Shown: positions 40,595-54,028 of the stretch, in pieces
How the letters are laid out: each line of letters begins with the position of its first letter
How positions within the stretch are numbered: the first letter of the stretch is position 1
NCBI GenBank assembly: GCA_964016885.1
Contig: OZ024741.1
Coordinates: 53,320,001 to 53,384,000, forward strand
Reading direction: 5' to 3'
DNA from: Eledone cirrhosa
Lineage: Eukaryota
DNA length: 64,000 nt
Translations under genes and position numbers: made by a program
Notes under the pieces: generated by a model
Database searches by the model: none
What the model saw: the letters and a program-made list of their open reading frames with translations, nothing else
Told to the model about the DNA's origin: nothing

Positions 40595-40601
<7 letters not shown>
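40241..40601. mobile_element. Miniature foldback of the Neptune-type pLTR
   Basis: 149-bp arms 40302-40450 / 40453-40601 with one mismatch seen; 61-nt left-only extension; ends identical to those of 25119-30598. Confidence 0.95.
40488..40525 (+). ncRNA. Minimal hammerhead, U3-A8 variant (mirror copy 40378-40415, -)
   Basis: cctt-TTGAAAA-gcag(aagaa)ctgc-GAAA-ccgg-TA-aagg. Confidence 0.82.
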
Positions 40602-40642
<41 letters not shown>

Positions 40643-40706
40643 ATATATATTTATATATATATATATAAAAAGGTGATATATATTTAAATTATAAAATAAA
40701 CTGCAA

Positions 40707-41176
<470 letters not shown>

Positions 41177-42324
41177 TCAGCTTTTTTAATGAATGATAAG
41201 ACTATTTCTACTGTATCTTTAGTATAATAAATTGTAGATGAAAAGGGATTAGTTCGTCTTCGAAGAACTAATGGTAATTCAGCTGTTTGTTGAAAACTTC
41301 ATATAACTGTTAAATGCTGTATCATAAACGCGAACAATTGAGTCCAATCCAACACTACCCAGAATATATTATGATACATTCCATACACCTAACATACTAC
41401 ATAAATATCAAAATAGACATAACATATTGGGTCATCAAGTATGAAATTTGTAGAAATTTTTTTTTTTTTTCACAAATTTTTACAAATTTTATACTTGAGA
41501 CCCAAGAAAGACAAAAAAATCCTGCCTTCAGAAGTACTCCGCAAAGGAATACTTAATAAAGGAATCTATATTAATTAGTGGTACAGTGGTGACGCCCACT
41601 ACTAGGCTGATATCTCCATATTACATTCTATATAGCTGCAGCGATCACAAATTCTTAATCCCTATTTCACATACACAGAATTAGAGCATACTACAATTAA
41701 CAAAACCCAAACATATACCATCAAGGAAATAGAATCGAAGACAAACTATATTATACCCATTCGACCTCTTTATAATGAAATGCCGCTAATATAACGATAA
41801 AAAGTCTCCTTGGAATAAATTTCACTAAATTAACAAATTAAATGAGAACCGACTGATATCAAAACTTCGTAATTATCAATTAACTAAAATCCAAGCCCTT
41901 CTGGAAATCAATGACCCACTTAACGAAGAGATAAACTCAACCAAAATTGATATCAAACCACATATCAATGTTCCCATTATGTAAATACTAATTTAACCAT
42001 TAAATTAGTTACAAAATCCGAGCAGAAAATTAACTAAAATCTATTCAGAAACTTATACTAAGCAACACAATGCAAATAGATATCACAAACAAGCAATTAA
42101 ATACAAAACAAATAAATAAGACAAATATAAGTTGATTAAAAGAAAATATTAAGAGATTAAATTGAAACTAAACAATACATTATAATAAACATTAAATAAT
42201 GATTTATATAGATATATATATTTATATGTATATTTATATATTTTTAAATGTTGGTCTATTATTGACAAACATTGATTGCAAGCTAAATTGTTCATAGAAA
42301 TAATTTATACATTAAACAGAAAAC

Positions 42325-42485
42325 CAGTAATTTGGGGGAGCGTTTCCAGTACATGACTGGTACTTTATTTTATCGAGCTCAGAATGTAAAGTTGGTCGCG
42401 GTAGGATTTGAAACCATAAATTAAGAGGCCGTAACGAAATCCTGCAATGTATTTTATCCGGCGCTCGAACGACTGTGTAAGTTCA
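42325..42485 (-). mobile_element. Decayed SINE
   Basis: ccagtacatgactggtactttattttatcga block shared with other SINE copies. Confidence 0.65.
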
Positions 42486-43721
42486 AGTCAGCTTAACCGA
42501 ACATAAACAACTAAATATACTAGTGGTCAAGTAAATAACTCACCATAAGGTACCACGAGATTCATGTCCAACTAACAAGAAATTTACTTGTCGTTTATTC
42601 ACTGATGGGCAAAATACTACGTGTACATGCGAGCGGGGGCAACTGAAGAGAGGGATACGAGTCCTTCCCACTCTCACCCTCACAGAAGTTTGCAATTCCA
42701 ACTGCCATACACCTTTCACTAACATGTCAAATAAACAACATAACTGCCTGGTGGTATTGTAAACAAACAAGCAGCGTACCTCTATAGAAACTAAATGAAG
42801 GATATTTGGCAGCCATAACATCTAACGCCTAAGTGAGTTGAACATCCACAATAGAATAGATCAAAATAAACTGAATACTATCGAACTTTGAATTTTATTA
42901 AATGCTCATGCCCAATGTGACATATCATTTCCCAATCCTTACAATCGTCACACCACTATCTACTCTGCTTCAAGTTAGAAATAGCACCAAATCGCCTCAG
43001 AGTCACCCTTTGCATCCTTGTGCAACTAATGAAGCAGCGTTTAAACAATACTTTCTTATCACGCCCTTGTTTAACCACGTGTTCTAACATCGAATTTACT
43101 CCATCCACAAACATTTTTAGTCTGACTTCTAATCCTTCTGTATCTTATTATTTTGGTATAAATTATTATATCCCAGTATCTTTGGGATATAATGCTTTAT
43201 ACCCAAGAAATATCGATTTTCCTTGCTTCCTAACTTTATTAAATTTCTTAAGTTTATCAATACTAATGGGACGAACGTGTTAGCTCCCCACCCCCCATTT
43301 ATTTCAATGTCTCACATTTTTTAACATGATATCTTACTTTCTTCATCTTGTTTTTTTTCTTTATTTCTTTTTTCTTTTTTTCTCCTTTGTTTCATTCTTG
43401 AGACTTTCGAGCTATAAGAGGTACCACACTTTTCCCCTGACGTCATATAAATACATTTATGTATACTTGTAGCTTAATTGCGAATGTTTTGTCTCTCGTC
43501 CCTTACTCTACTGGACAACGTTTGACTTATCTCAGCAGTACCGTTGGTAGGGGTCGAAATTGCCGAATTCCATCTCAATTCCATCTCAATTCTGTGGAAT
43601 TATGTGTCCTTCGTTTGTATTTTTATTTTAAGAAATGATTTTTTTAAGGTTTTCCCTTAAAACAGTATTTTTCGTTTTGCCTTGCTTCGGTACGTTGTCT
43701 TGGCCTCTCTTTGTTAATTGT

Positions 43722-43784
<63 letters not shown>

Positions 43785-44289
43785 TGAGTGAGAATCTGTA
43801 CATATATACGTCGTTTTGCAAGATTCATGAAGTGGAATCGTGTGTTGAAACAACGGAGGTTGTTGTATTTCGGGAGAGTAGTGTTGCCAATTAATAAACT
43901 TGCACTGGTTGACTTTCATTTCAGATTTTTATTATTAATTAAGTAATTAACAAATCCATCAGTTTAAATCTCAACGAGTCGTCTAATTGTCCATGGTCTT
44001 TTAGTCCCACCATCTGTGACCCCAACAAAGACGTTTTGCTCTCTCTCTGTTTTTTTTCCATATTCACTTGATGTCTGATGTGTGTGATGTGCGCTTCCAT
44101 ATGTCTTTTGTTGTCGATGGATTTCTCTTTCTATATTGTTGATGTTGTTGTTGTTGTTCGACTCCCGACGAAAAGTATTCCAGTTGATTGAATGAACAGA
44201 GCTGTCAGTTTATGAAATACACGTGTAAATTTCACTAGTAGACTTTAAGAAAAGGCCCACTTGCTAATATATTTATTTAAAAATAATGA

Positions 44290-44612
44290 CAACTATAATG
44301 ATGGCAATAATAAAAAAAAAGGGAAACAAGGAAAGAAAGAATAGGAAAATATAGAGAAAAATGAGAGAAAGAAAGAAGAAAAAAACGGGAAGAGGAGGGG
44401 TGGCAGGAGCTTTGGTGTCGCAGAAGAGAGGAGAGGGTGATTGGGATTTGGGCCTAGGGCAAGAGGGCAGAAGTGCTGCGCCCCGCTGACCAGACGGCAG
44501 CATTCCCACTGACGCTGGCCAGTAACACCCGCTGCAACAGCCACCCAAACCCGTGTGGATCCTTCCTCAGACGGGCCAGCAATGCTCCGATCCTGCGGAG
44601 GAGCTCGGCTGC
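44290..44612 (-). mobile_element. 3' end of CRE-like non-LTR retrotransposon
   Basis: LLRRIGALLARLRKDP..LLQRVLLASVSGNAAV; nucleotide similarity to 11950-12145. Confidence 0.72.
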
Positions 44613-44646
44613 TGAGCAATCCACTGACACGTGCACCCATACCATA

Positions 44647-44894
44647 GTTCTCAGGAAGATTCAGTGTAACACAACATTCAAGTAGGTGAAATTTCCACGT
44701 TGTTCTCAGGGAGATTCAGTGTAACACAACATTCAAGTAGGTGAAATTTCCACGTTGTTCTGAGGGAGATTCAGTGTAACACAACATTCAAGTAGGTGAA
44801 ATTTCCACGTTGTTCTCAGGGAGATTCAGTGTAACACAACATTCAAGTAGGTGAAATTTCCACGTTGTTCTGAGGGAGATTCAGTGTAACACAA
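44647..44894. repeat. 55-bp tandem repeat, about 4.5 copies
   Basis: Unit ct(c/g)agggagattcagtgtaacacaacattcaagtaggtgaaatttccacgttgtt. Confidence 0.95.
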
Positions 44895-45225
44895 TATGTG
44901 ATAAGGCTGGCCTCCTTCAATTAAAAGTTACAACTCATTTTTTCCAGATGAATGGATTGAAGCAACGTGATATAACGTGTCTTCCTCAAGGACACAACGC
45001 AGCGCTCAAGCCAGGTATCGCTCAAATCACGACCTTACGATTGTGAGCTAAACGCCATAACTAGTAAGCTATACGCTGTTATTCTCTGTATATATTGGTA
45101 GTAATAACAACAGGTTCATGTCTACTTCTGTTTTCATTTTTTTAATTCTCGGTTGACATGTACTGAAGATTCGGCAGAACCAGTTAATCCTCCATATATC
45201 ATATATCTAGAATACAACATTGAAG

Positions 45226-45261
<36 letters not shown>

Positions 45262-45309
45262 CACCATCTCATTCTCCCTCCATATTCACTATGTGTTTAT
45301 ATGGTAGAG

Positions 45310-45405
<96 letters not shown>

Positions 45406-45562
45406 ATAATGTTTCTCGTCAGTTTTATCGACCCATCGACCAGTGCCGTTGGCTGGTGTTACTTTTGAACTGAGGAGCTTCGTTTGCTGTCTTCTTCATT
45501 TAAAAACATTCCAAAGACACACACGCACACACACACACGCACACACACACACGCACACACAC

Positions 45563-45658
<96 letters not shown>

Positions 45659-45838
45659 ACACACACACACACAAATAAAAGTTCATACACCTATACTCTT
45701 TCTCTCTCTTCTCTCTGTCTCTCTTTCCGCCTCTCTCTCTCTCGCTCACATACTGACACAGACACGTATAAACATAAATTACATCTATGTCACTGAAGCA
45801 TATATCTAGTAACACACGTTGCCACACACATACACACG

Positions 45839-45900
<62 letters not shown>

Positions 45901-45904
<4 letters not shown>

Positions 45905-46023
45905 GTTCTAACATAAATTCCTGCCGTTGTTATACTTCTTAATAAAAGAAACGGCGGCAATCTATGTTACAACCCAATATATATATATATATATATTGGG
46001 TTGTAACATAGATTGCCGCCGTT

Positions 46024-46026
<3 letters not shown>
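45901..46026. mobile_element. 77-bp mariner-like MITE plus an extra inverted TIR copy
   Basis: TA-flanked TIRs ttgggtt.taacata at 45901 and 45947-45977. 45996-46026 is the exact inverse of 45947-45977 across a short (TA)n. Confidence 0.65.
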
Positions 46027-46083
<57 letters not shown>

Positions 46084-46821
46084 CATTCATAGATACATGT
46101 TTAAAATACATATATATATGCCTACCTACATACATGCCTAAGTACGTACATAAATATCTATGGACATACAGTCTCAGACATCTGCATCCATACATATATC
46201 AACTCATAAATATACATGTACATATGCACATGTATATGTAATGTTATGTACATAGAATTTCTTAACACGTAAAATACACACGTATATAGACGGAGCCCCT
46301 TCTACATACGACATCACTCACACACAGAGACACATAAAAAATACAGACATCTATTTTAAAACACATGCTTACATACATAAATTGACACATCCACACAACC
46401 ACAGACTTACGCCCACACAGAGAAAAAGCTAAAAATACAGACATCCATATTAAAACACATGCTTACATACGTTGACACATCCACACATACACAGGCTTAC
46501 GCTCACACACAAACACATATATCTGTAAGAATACAAAGTTACATAATAACACAGGCACAAACAGACAGCTAGACACACAGACAGACAAACAGGCAGACAC
46601 ACACACACACACACACAGACACAAGGAGACACACACGATATTTACGATCTATTGATGCTTATTGCAGTAACAAGTATTTTTTGTAGAGCAGTTTTGTTGA
46701 CAAGATAACCACAAGTCTTCACTAATTAGTTTTGCGTTGACTTTTTTCATTCACACAATCAGATACAGCATCTTACATATTTTTTGTCGATCCATATATA
46801 TATATATGTATGTAACTATGT

Positions 46822-46873
<52 letters not shown>

Positions 46874-46905
46874 ATGTATATATATATATGTGTGTGTGTA
46901 TAAAC

Positions 46906-46943
<38 letters not shown>

Positions 46944-46944
<1 letters not shown>

Positions 46945-47784
46945 TGAAAGGTATAGAAATTGTTTTAGCGAGAAGCTAACAGTATTCTATAACATATATG
47001 CGACTATGTCGTCAAGATGGGAAAAATAGTTAACCTAAGATGTAGGAAAAATAATTCAAACTCATCTCAAAAGAGAATCAGGATACAAATTCATCCACAG
47101 AATTTAGTGAAGTCCAGGGAAAAATCAATAGACCCTTAACTCATGATAAAATGAAGTTTAAAATACCTATCCTTCAATTTGGAAAAACATCAAATGCTCT
47201 GTATAGTCTTAAAGACTATTTCATGAAAACTTTCAGTGGAGATGGTCACGGTTGGATTTCAATCGTCAGCAGAGCTCAACAGATAACCAGGGCTCCCACA
47301 GAATTATAAGCCAAAAAGGGAATTCTAAAACTGGCTAGTTCACCATCATGCGTGATTATGAAAAACGCACATGAGGAAAAACGGGGCTAGTGACGTCAGG
47401 ATGAAAATGAATGTTTGTTTACAAGAAATAACAGTCAAATACATTCCGAAAAAACTCTAGAAAAGGAGTTTAGCAAACAGCAATATTATCGCAGTTTTTA
47501 TTAAAAAAACCGGGATTAATCACAGATAATTTAAGCACTCAATGAAAAGAATCCGAGTATAAGTATAAATGAAAGGTATAGAAATTGTTTTAGCGAGAAG
47601 CTAACAGTATTCTATAACATATATGCGACTATGTCGTCAAGATAGGAAAAATAGTTAATGTAAGATGTAGGAAAAATAATTCAAACTGATCTCAAAAGAA
47701 AATCAGGATACAAATTCATCCACAGAATTTAGTGAAATCCAGGGAAAAATCAATAGACCCTTAACTCATGATAAAATAAAGTTA
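46944..47784 (-). mobile_element. Retrozyme-like non-coding element: 625-bp unit, ~1.35 copies, in (TA)n
   Basis: Direct repeat 46944-47158 / 47569-47784; complete HHR inside; no ORF. Confidence 0.8.
47196..47275 (-). ncRNA. Type I hammerhead with stable stems I and III
   Basis: gctctg-CTGACGA-ttgaaa..tttcat-GAA-atagtct(tta)agactat-A-cagagc. Confidence 0.9.
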
Positions 47785-47792
47785 TATATATG

Positions 47793-47877
<85 letters not shown>

Positions 47878-47882
47878 ATATG

Positions 47883-47913
<31 letters not shown>

Positions 47914-47993
47914 GTATATGTATATATATATATGTGTATATATATATATGTAAATATATATATGTTTTATATATATATGTATATATGCATATA

Positions 47994-48044
<51 letters not shown>

Positions 48045-48047
48045 ATG

Positions 48048-48107
<60 letters not shown>

Positions 48108-48108
<1 letters not shown>

Positions 48109-48233
48109 CGGAGGAATTGTGGTAAGGAACCAGGTGGACCATAACACACCAAAGTACTCAACACTTAGGGTAGTAGACTGGGTAATAGGAACGTCGAAAC
48201 GGCTTGAGCTCAGCCGTCGGGGTCCTACTCGTT

Positions 48234-48237
<4 letters not shown>
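48108..48237. mobile_element. Family D PLE-type derivative
   Basis: Same ends as 5947-6145; the arms overlap by only ~8 bp. Confidence 0.72.
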
Positions 48238-48280
<43 letters not shown>

Positions 48281-48319
48281 GTATATGTATATGTATATAT
48301 ATATATATAAATATACATG

Positions 48320-48364
<45 letters not shown>

Positions 48365-48393
48365 GTATGTATGTATATATATATGTGTGTGTG

Positions 48394-48431
<38 letters not shown>

Positions 48432-48515
48432 GGAGGTGAGTTTTATTGTAGTACAATAAAGCAATGCAGATATCGGATAAGAAGCACTCTACAGTTTGTA
48501 GGACTGGAGTATACA

Positions 48516-49042
48516 TCTATATATATAAAGCTGTGGTTGTCTGTCTGTCTATCGATTTTTGGCACACATCTCCTCTTAGAATCTCTGACAGAATTGCGCC
48601 GAAATTGCTATACTTGTACATTGAGCCCTAGCGAAGACATCGGAAAAAAAATATTTCAAATTGACCCACCCTATGTGACGAAATCGAATCTAATGTATCG
48701 ATTTTTGAGCGTAAGTGACGAGTTATTTCCCTTTGTTCTGTTTACATTGAGCGTCTTACGTTGTTTTTCTCTGCGTTGCAGTGTTTACATTTTCGATCTT
48801 TGTTAATAAATAACCAGTGCAGTTTTTATCCCCAGCATCCTCTTTTGTTATAACATTCGGGTTATCGTTATGTTTTCTTAACTTCATAAGGCATATTGTT
48901 GGTTGAGGGAATATTAATCAAAAACACCACATGCAAGTCTGCACAGTAGACACTACAGTTTTTAAGCAAAAAAAGAAACTTAACATTGTAACTTTAACAC
49001 AGCTACTGAGCGACCCCGAGCAACGCCGGGCTTTACTGCTAG
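48516..49042 (+). mobile_element. Non-autonomous Helitron
   Basis: 5' TC(tatatatataaag), subterminal GC hairpin cccgagcaacgccggg, 3' CTAG; inserted between A and T with no TSD. Confidence 0.85.
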
Positions 49043-49225
49043 TAATATATAAGAACAAAAGATGGTTAAAGGAGTTCCATCTATTTTATTATGCGCATTT
49101 CAAAAACAAACATCATCATGCAATAATATTTGTGTTTTCATCAGATAAAACAGGAAGACATGATATGTTGATTTAAAACTGCACTATCCACAAGTGATTT
49201 TTAGCCTTCATATCATGTTCTCCTG

Positions 49226-49292
49226 TTTTATCTGATGAAAACACAAATATTATTGCATGATGATGTTTGTTTTTGAAATGCGCATAATAAAA
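49226..49292 (+). ncRNA. Type I hammerhead (mirror copy 49084-49150, -)
   Basis: ttttat-CTGATGA-long AU/GU stem II-GAAA-tgcgca-TA-ataaaa. Confidence 0.88.
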
Positions 49293-49324
49293 TACATGGA
49301 ACTCCTTTAACCATCTTTTGTTCT

Positions 49325-49370
<46 letters not shown>

Positions 49371-49648
49371 TTATATTTACATATTCTTTTATAGGTAACT
49401 TATATTATTTAGTAGGACGTTAGAATCTGTTTACATCTCTCACTTGCAATGTTTTCATTCATGGAGAACCTTAGGATGAAAAACAATTCCCATACATTGT
49501 TATAGCAGCCTAGCCTGGTCTGGTGATTGGAGATATTAGACGATAATGTTAGATCTCCTAAGACACACATCTGATCCGCTAGATTATCTTATGGCAACAG
49601 AAATATGAACAAGAACATGAACAATAATGAAAACATCAATAATAATGA

Positions 49649-49770
49649 TTTCTGATTTAGGCACAAGGCCAGCAATTTGGAAGATAGGGGAAAGTCGATT
49701 AAATCGATCGCAGTGCATTACTGGGGCTTTATTTTTTTTATATATTAACCAAAGGATGCTGTGCAAGGGC
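49649..49770 (-). mobile_element. SINE 3' part
   Basis: ggcacaaggccagcaattt tail shared with 28917-29039. Confidence 0.65.
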
Positions 49771-49774
49771 ATTA

Positions 49775-51340
49775 GACTAAAAGTATAACGTCTCTCCTCC
49801 CGATACTGGCGGCCATGTTCAATGTTTGCTTGGTGTAGGGTGAATTTCTGCGGTGGTTGACAAAATGTACCAGGGTTCTAATAATGAAAGACCAAGCCAG
49901 GGAAATGACGTCACCAACCATAGGCCTATCACATGCCTGTCCTTGATGTAGAAATTACTAACAGGTATTATGTCTTAGGAAATGTACCACCCTCGACATA
50001 AACAACCTATTGCCAGAGGAACAGCAAGAATGCCGAAGGAAGTCCCGTGGTATAAAATATCCGTTACTTATAGACAAGATGGTAATAAGGAACTGTAAGA
50101 GGAGGCATACTGGTCTTGGCATGGAATGGGTAGAATACAAGATGGATTTCGACATGACTCCTTATTCTAGGATAACCAAATGTCTGAAAATCTTCAAGGT
50201 AGCGGAAAACATCAGACTGCTATTAAGTAATAGCATGAAGACCAGGGAGACAGAGCTAACATCAAGGGGAGGATCCTTTTCCTTTTGAGGAGTGAAAATC
50301 AAGAGAGGTATCTTCCAAGGCAACAGTATCTCCCCACTATTGTCCCTCGTATTCCGAAAAGCAAAGGCAGGTTATGACCCGAGAAGTGGAGAGCATAGCA
50401 TCAACCATTCCCTCTTCATAGACGACCTAAAACTCTTCGGGGAGATCGAGGAGTTGAATGTACTTGTTTATACTGTTCGTATTTTCAGTCATGATATATG
50501 TATAGAATTTAGTCTTAATAAGTGTGGAGTCCTAGTGATGAGGAGAGGTAAATTGAAAAGAAGCAAAGGAATCGAGGTACCAACAGGTGAGAAGATAAAG
50601 GAGATTGATATCGAAGACGGATATAGGGTGTTTTTGAGGCAGATAAATTCAAGGACAAAAAACGAAGGAGATGATAAGATCTGAATACACAAGAAGAGTA
50701 AGTAACATACTAAAATCACACTGAAGTACATTTCCGAGCTGTGTCTATTGTTAGGTACAGTGTTGGATTTCCTAAATGTAATGTATACAAGCAAAAAAAA
50801 AAAACTAGATAAAAAGGAAAGGAAATTAATGACTATCTACACTATGTTTCATAAGAAGGATGATGTTGATAGGCTGGACTTAAGGAGCGCTGAAGGTGGA
50901 ATAGAGCTAATCAGCGTGGAGGACTGTGTTCAGATGGAGAAGAGCTGTTTACGTAAATATGTGTCTGAGAGTAACGGGCCAATGCTTAAGGCTGTATTGA
51001 ATGAGGAACTAATAGACCGACCCGGGGATGTCTCAGAAAGAAGTATCAAAATGGGAAAGTACAACCTGAATGAAAAGGCATCTTCTTAAAGAAAACAGAA
51101 TTCAGAGATTCGCAGACATGGAAATGATTTAAAAAATGGAACCTTAAGAAAGCCACAGAGGGAATGCTACTGGGTGCACAGAAGCAAGCCATTAGAACGA
51201 AGTGGATGAAATATCATATTGACAATATCATATTGTGGGAGAGGAAACTGTGACTCACATCATTCTATGTGTAAACACCTAGACCTGGCTCACTAGAAAG
51301 GATGGAGGCATGGTATCATAGGAAAAGTGATATACTGTCA
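49775..51340 (+). mobile_element. Decayed R4/Dong-like (RLE) non-LTR retrotransposon
   Basis: RPITCL, LPEEQ..LLIDKMV, IKRGIFQG.SISPLL, INHSLFIDDLKL, DVDRL..EGG..LISVEDC, LKKATEG..AQ.QAIRT. Confidence 0.85.
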
Positions 51341-51356
51341 TTTATGCAAAGGAGGA

Positions 51357-51503
51357 GAAGAAGAAGAAGAAGAAGAAGAAGAAGAAGAAGAAGAAGAAGA
51401 AGAAGAAGAAGAAGAAGAAGAAGAAGAAGAAGAAGAAGAAGAAGAAGAAGAAGAAGAAGAAGAAGAAGAAGAAGAAGAAGAAGAAGAAGAAGAAGAAGAA
51501 GAA
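51357..51503. repeat. (GAA)49 microsatellite
   Basis: Pure triplet run. Confidence 0.97.
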
Positions 51504-51820
51504 GATAAGGTCAACAGATGATGGTGATATTATATGGACAAATTACAAAACAAATGTGGGGAATTTACGAAATATCAAATCAATTAATAAAGTAGACAAA
51601 CATAACAAAGAAATACATAATAATAGAACAATTCTGGATAACAAAAGATATATTAACGTCCCAAAAGAGGCAGAGCATCATTCTGCGCTGGGTCTGTAGA
51701 ACGGGGCGTTCTATCGTTTTCGTGACACACCATTCCCATCACTATAATGTTGTAAACGGATGTAGCTTTCTGTATTAATGATAACAACCGTGCCTTCAAT
51801 CTTTCCAATTTTACATTCGT

Positions 51821-51856
51821 TCTTCTGATAAAGGACTAGCTATCGAAACGTTAAGA
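51821..51856 (+). ncRNA. Degenerate minimal hammerhead
   Basis: tctt-CTGATAA-...-GAAA-cg-TT-aaga (G8A, poor stem II), ~90 nt before (TA)n. Confidence 0.5.
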
Positions 51857-51940
51857 CCCTCCTCCAGCTATTTCAAGCGTTAAACTAATTTACTCCTTCC
51901 ATATACTGTATCGATTGTGTTGTTATTTCTGGTTACCTTT

Positions 51941-51994
<54 letters not shown>

Positions 51995-51999
<5 letters not shown>

Positions 52000-52963
52000 T
52001 TCAAGAGTAACCAATCTTAAAGAGAGAGATAGAGATAGGAGAGGAGATATAAGAGGAGAGATTGGTGAATTAGTTAGAAGCCAAAGCGTAAAGGCATGTG
52101 CTCAATGTGCAATATACAATAGAAAGCAGCTAGGTGGCTGGGTTCATGCAGAGGTTAGGTGCGCAGAGCTGGAAATATTCATTAGTTAAGCAAAACAAGA
52201 CCACAAATTTCACAAAGAAGACATTATTAAAAGATTGTCAACATATTTTAGTTTGATGTAAGGAATGTAGAGAATAATAATAATAATATTAATAATAATA
52301 ATGTCCGTTTACAATTGTTTCGCTACTCCATATAATATTTCTGGATCAGATGACTATATATCATAATTGATCTGGTTCAGTTGAAAATAATTAACATATT
52401 TAAGAGACAGAGTGGCTCATCGGAACTTCAAAGGAATATAAATTAAAATAATGAGATAATGTTACATAATATAATGTTCCATATATTGGTTTTTACTATG
52501 GTGTCTTAGTTGCATCAGTTGTCAGCCATAATCAAGCAGTATTCATCTGTCGAGGCTGCATTGTGTGAGATCTGCCTATCGTTACCCATCGACAGATGAA
52601 TACTGCTTGATTATGGCTGACAACTGATGCAACCAAGACAGCATAGTAAAAACCAATATATGGAACATTATATTATGTAACATTATCTCATTATTTTAAT
52701 TTATATTCCTTTCAAATTCTGATGAGCCACTCTGTCTTTTAAATATGTTAATTATTTTCAACTGAACCAGATCAATTATGATATATAGTCATCTGATCCA
52801 GAAATATTATATGGATTAGGGAAACAATTGTAAACGGATATTATTATTATAAATATTATTATTATTATGCTCTACATTCCTTACATCAAACTAAAATATG
52901 TTGACAATCTTTTAATAATGTCTTCCTTGTGAAATTTGTGGTCATGTTTTGCTTAACTAATGA

Positions 52964-52967
<4 letters not shown>
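51995..52967. mobile_element. HHR-bearing foldback element in (TA)n
   Basis: IR 52175-52553 / 52589-52967; ~180-nt left-only extension. Confidence 0.92.
52716..52835 (+). ncRNA. Hammerhead with ~95-nt stem II domain (mirror copy 52307-52426, -)
   Basis: Composite of the two arms: gtt-CTGATGA-gccactct...ggagtagc-GAAA-caattg-TA-aac. Confidence 0.78.
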
Positions 52968-53027
<60 letters not shown>

Positions 53028-53289
53028 GTTTCGGCGAGTATTGGCCCAGGCCATGTCTAATTTAATAGCACCACCTGGCGAAGTCTTTCAAAATCAGGAT
53101 TTGAACACAATGGCCCACTCAAAAAGAGAGTTATTGTTTACGGAGAAATATCCGGGTGTAGGAGATTGTTGAAAATTGTCCAAAGACATCTTGAACATTA
53201 TGGGGTATGTCTCCATTTTAATGTGTTTTGATGTAATGTTAATGAGAGCGGGGTCAATTGAGGTGAAATATGTATATATATATATCCAA

Positions 53290-54028
53290 AGGGAACCTGA
53301 ACGGTTAAGGTCTGATTCCTGGGTATGTCACTATTTATAAAATAAATTTTGTATTTTATTTGATGAGGGCGTACCAAAGTTTTGGTACCCTTGAAATCTA
53401 AACTATAATAAAGTTAGGAGCGCGGGACTGCGTACGGTTTATACTTTTTTATCCCACTAGTAAAATAAGTTGGATTACTTTGAATAAATAATGAATGAAT
53501 ATTACATAATTTATCTACTAAATTTCGTGGCAGTTGATTAAATATATTTTATTTATTTAAAGATTCAGTTCTTTAAAATGTCTGAAATGTCAACATTTCC
53601 GGTTGGCCATCGCTTAAATAAACATAATAATTTTCTGTCACTTATTTTCTCCTAATGCAGTTTATATATAATATCGTCTTTTTTAATGTATCATGGATTA
53701 CGTTACTGATTAAATAAGACAGTGTAACGCAGTCTTCGTTCAATTTCTATGTATTATATTTTTCCAATTACGATCTTATTTGATGTATCATATCTACATG
53801 TATATATACCTGCGTATAATATCAATATACACACTACACATGCTAGCAGAAAACCACGCGAAGGGTGGTTTTTCTGCTAGTATATATAATAGAATAAATA
53901 TAGTTTTATAAATATAGTTTCCATTTATTAATATAATTGATATTATACTCCAGAAAACTTGTCGAGTGCTTTGAATCTGTTATAAATATATTTGTTGAAT
54001 CACCAACAAATTAAATATCTCTTGCTTA
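53290..54028 (+). mobile_element. GTAC-stem HHR family PLE remnant split by a Helitron
   Basis: ttttat-TTGATGA-gggcgtaccaa..ttggtaccctt-GAAA is interrupted and resumes at 53881 (tatatataatag..). The 3' part matches 5309-5360 and the inverse of 7159-7250. Confidence 0.8.
53397..53880 (+). mobile_element. Non-autonomous Helitron
   Basis: 5' TC(taaactataataaag), terminal hairpin 53843-53880, 3' CTAG. Removing it at A^T restores the HHR sequence. Confidence 0.85.

Larger units (their letters stand above)
44150..45080 (-). mobile_element. Second SINE type, interrupted by a CRE fragment and an internal tandem amplification
   Basis: tRNA-like head and gtgtccttgaggaagacac block at 44975-45075 (-). 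Related blocks at ~56900-57015 (+) and ~57905-57995 (-). Confidence 0.6.
48430..49333. mobile_element. HHR-bearing foldback whose left extension is split by a Helitron
   Basis: IR 49043-49167 / 49209-49333. 48430-48515 resembles the extension of 7159-7250 (aagcactctaca..ctggagt). Confidence 0.8.

Noticed and set aside
42540-43725. Possible decayed PLE endonuclease end and pLTR
   Set aside because: Only faint FTC and E.KW..LN-like traces and no foldable HHR.
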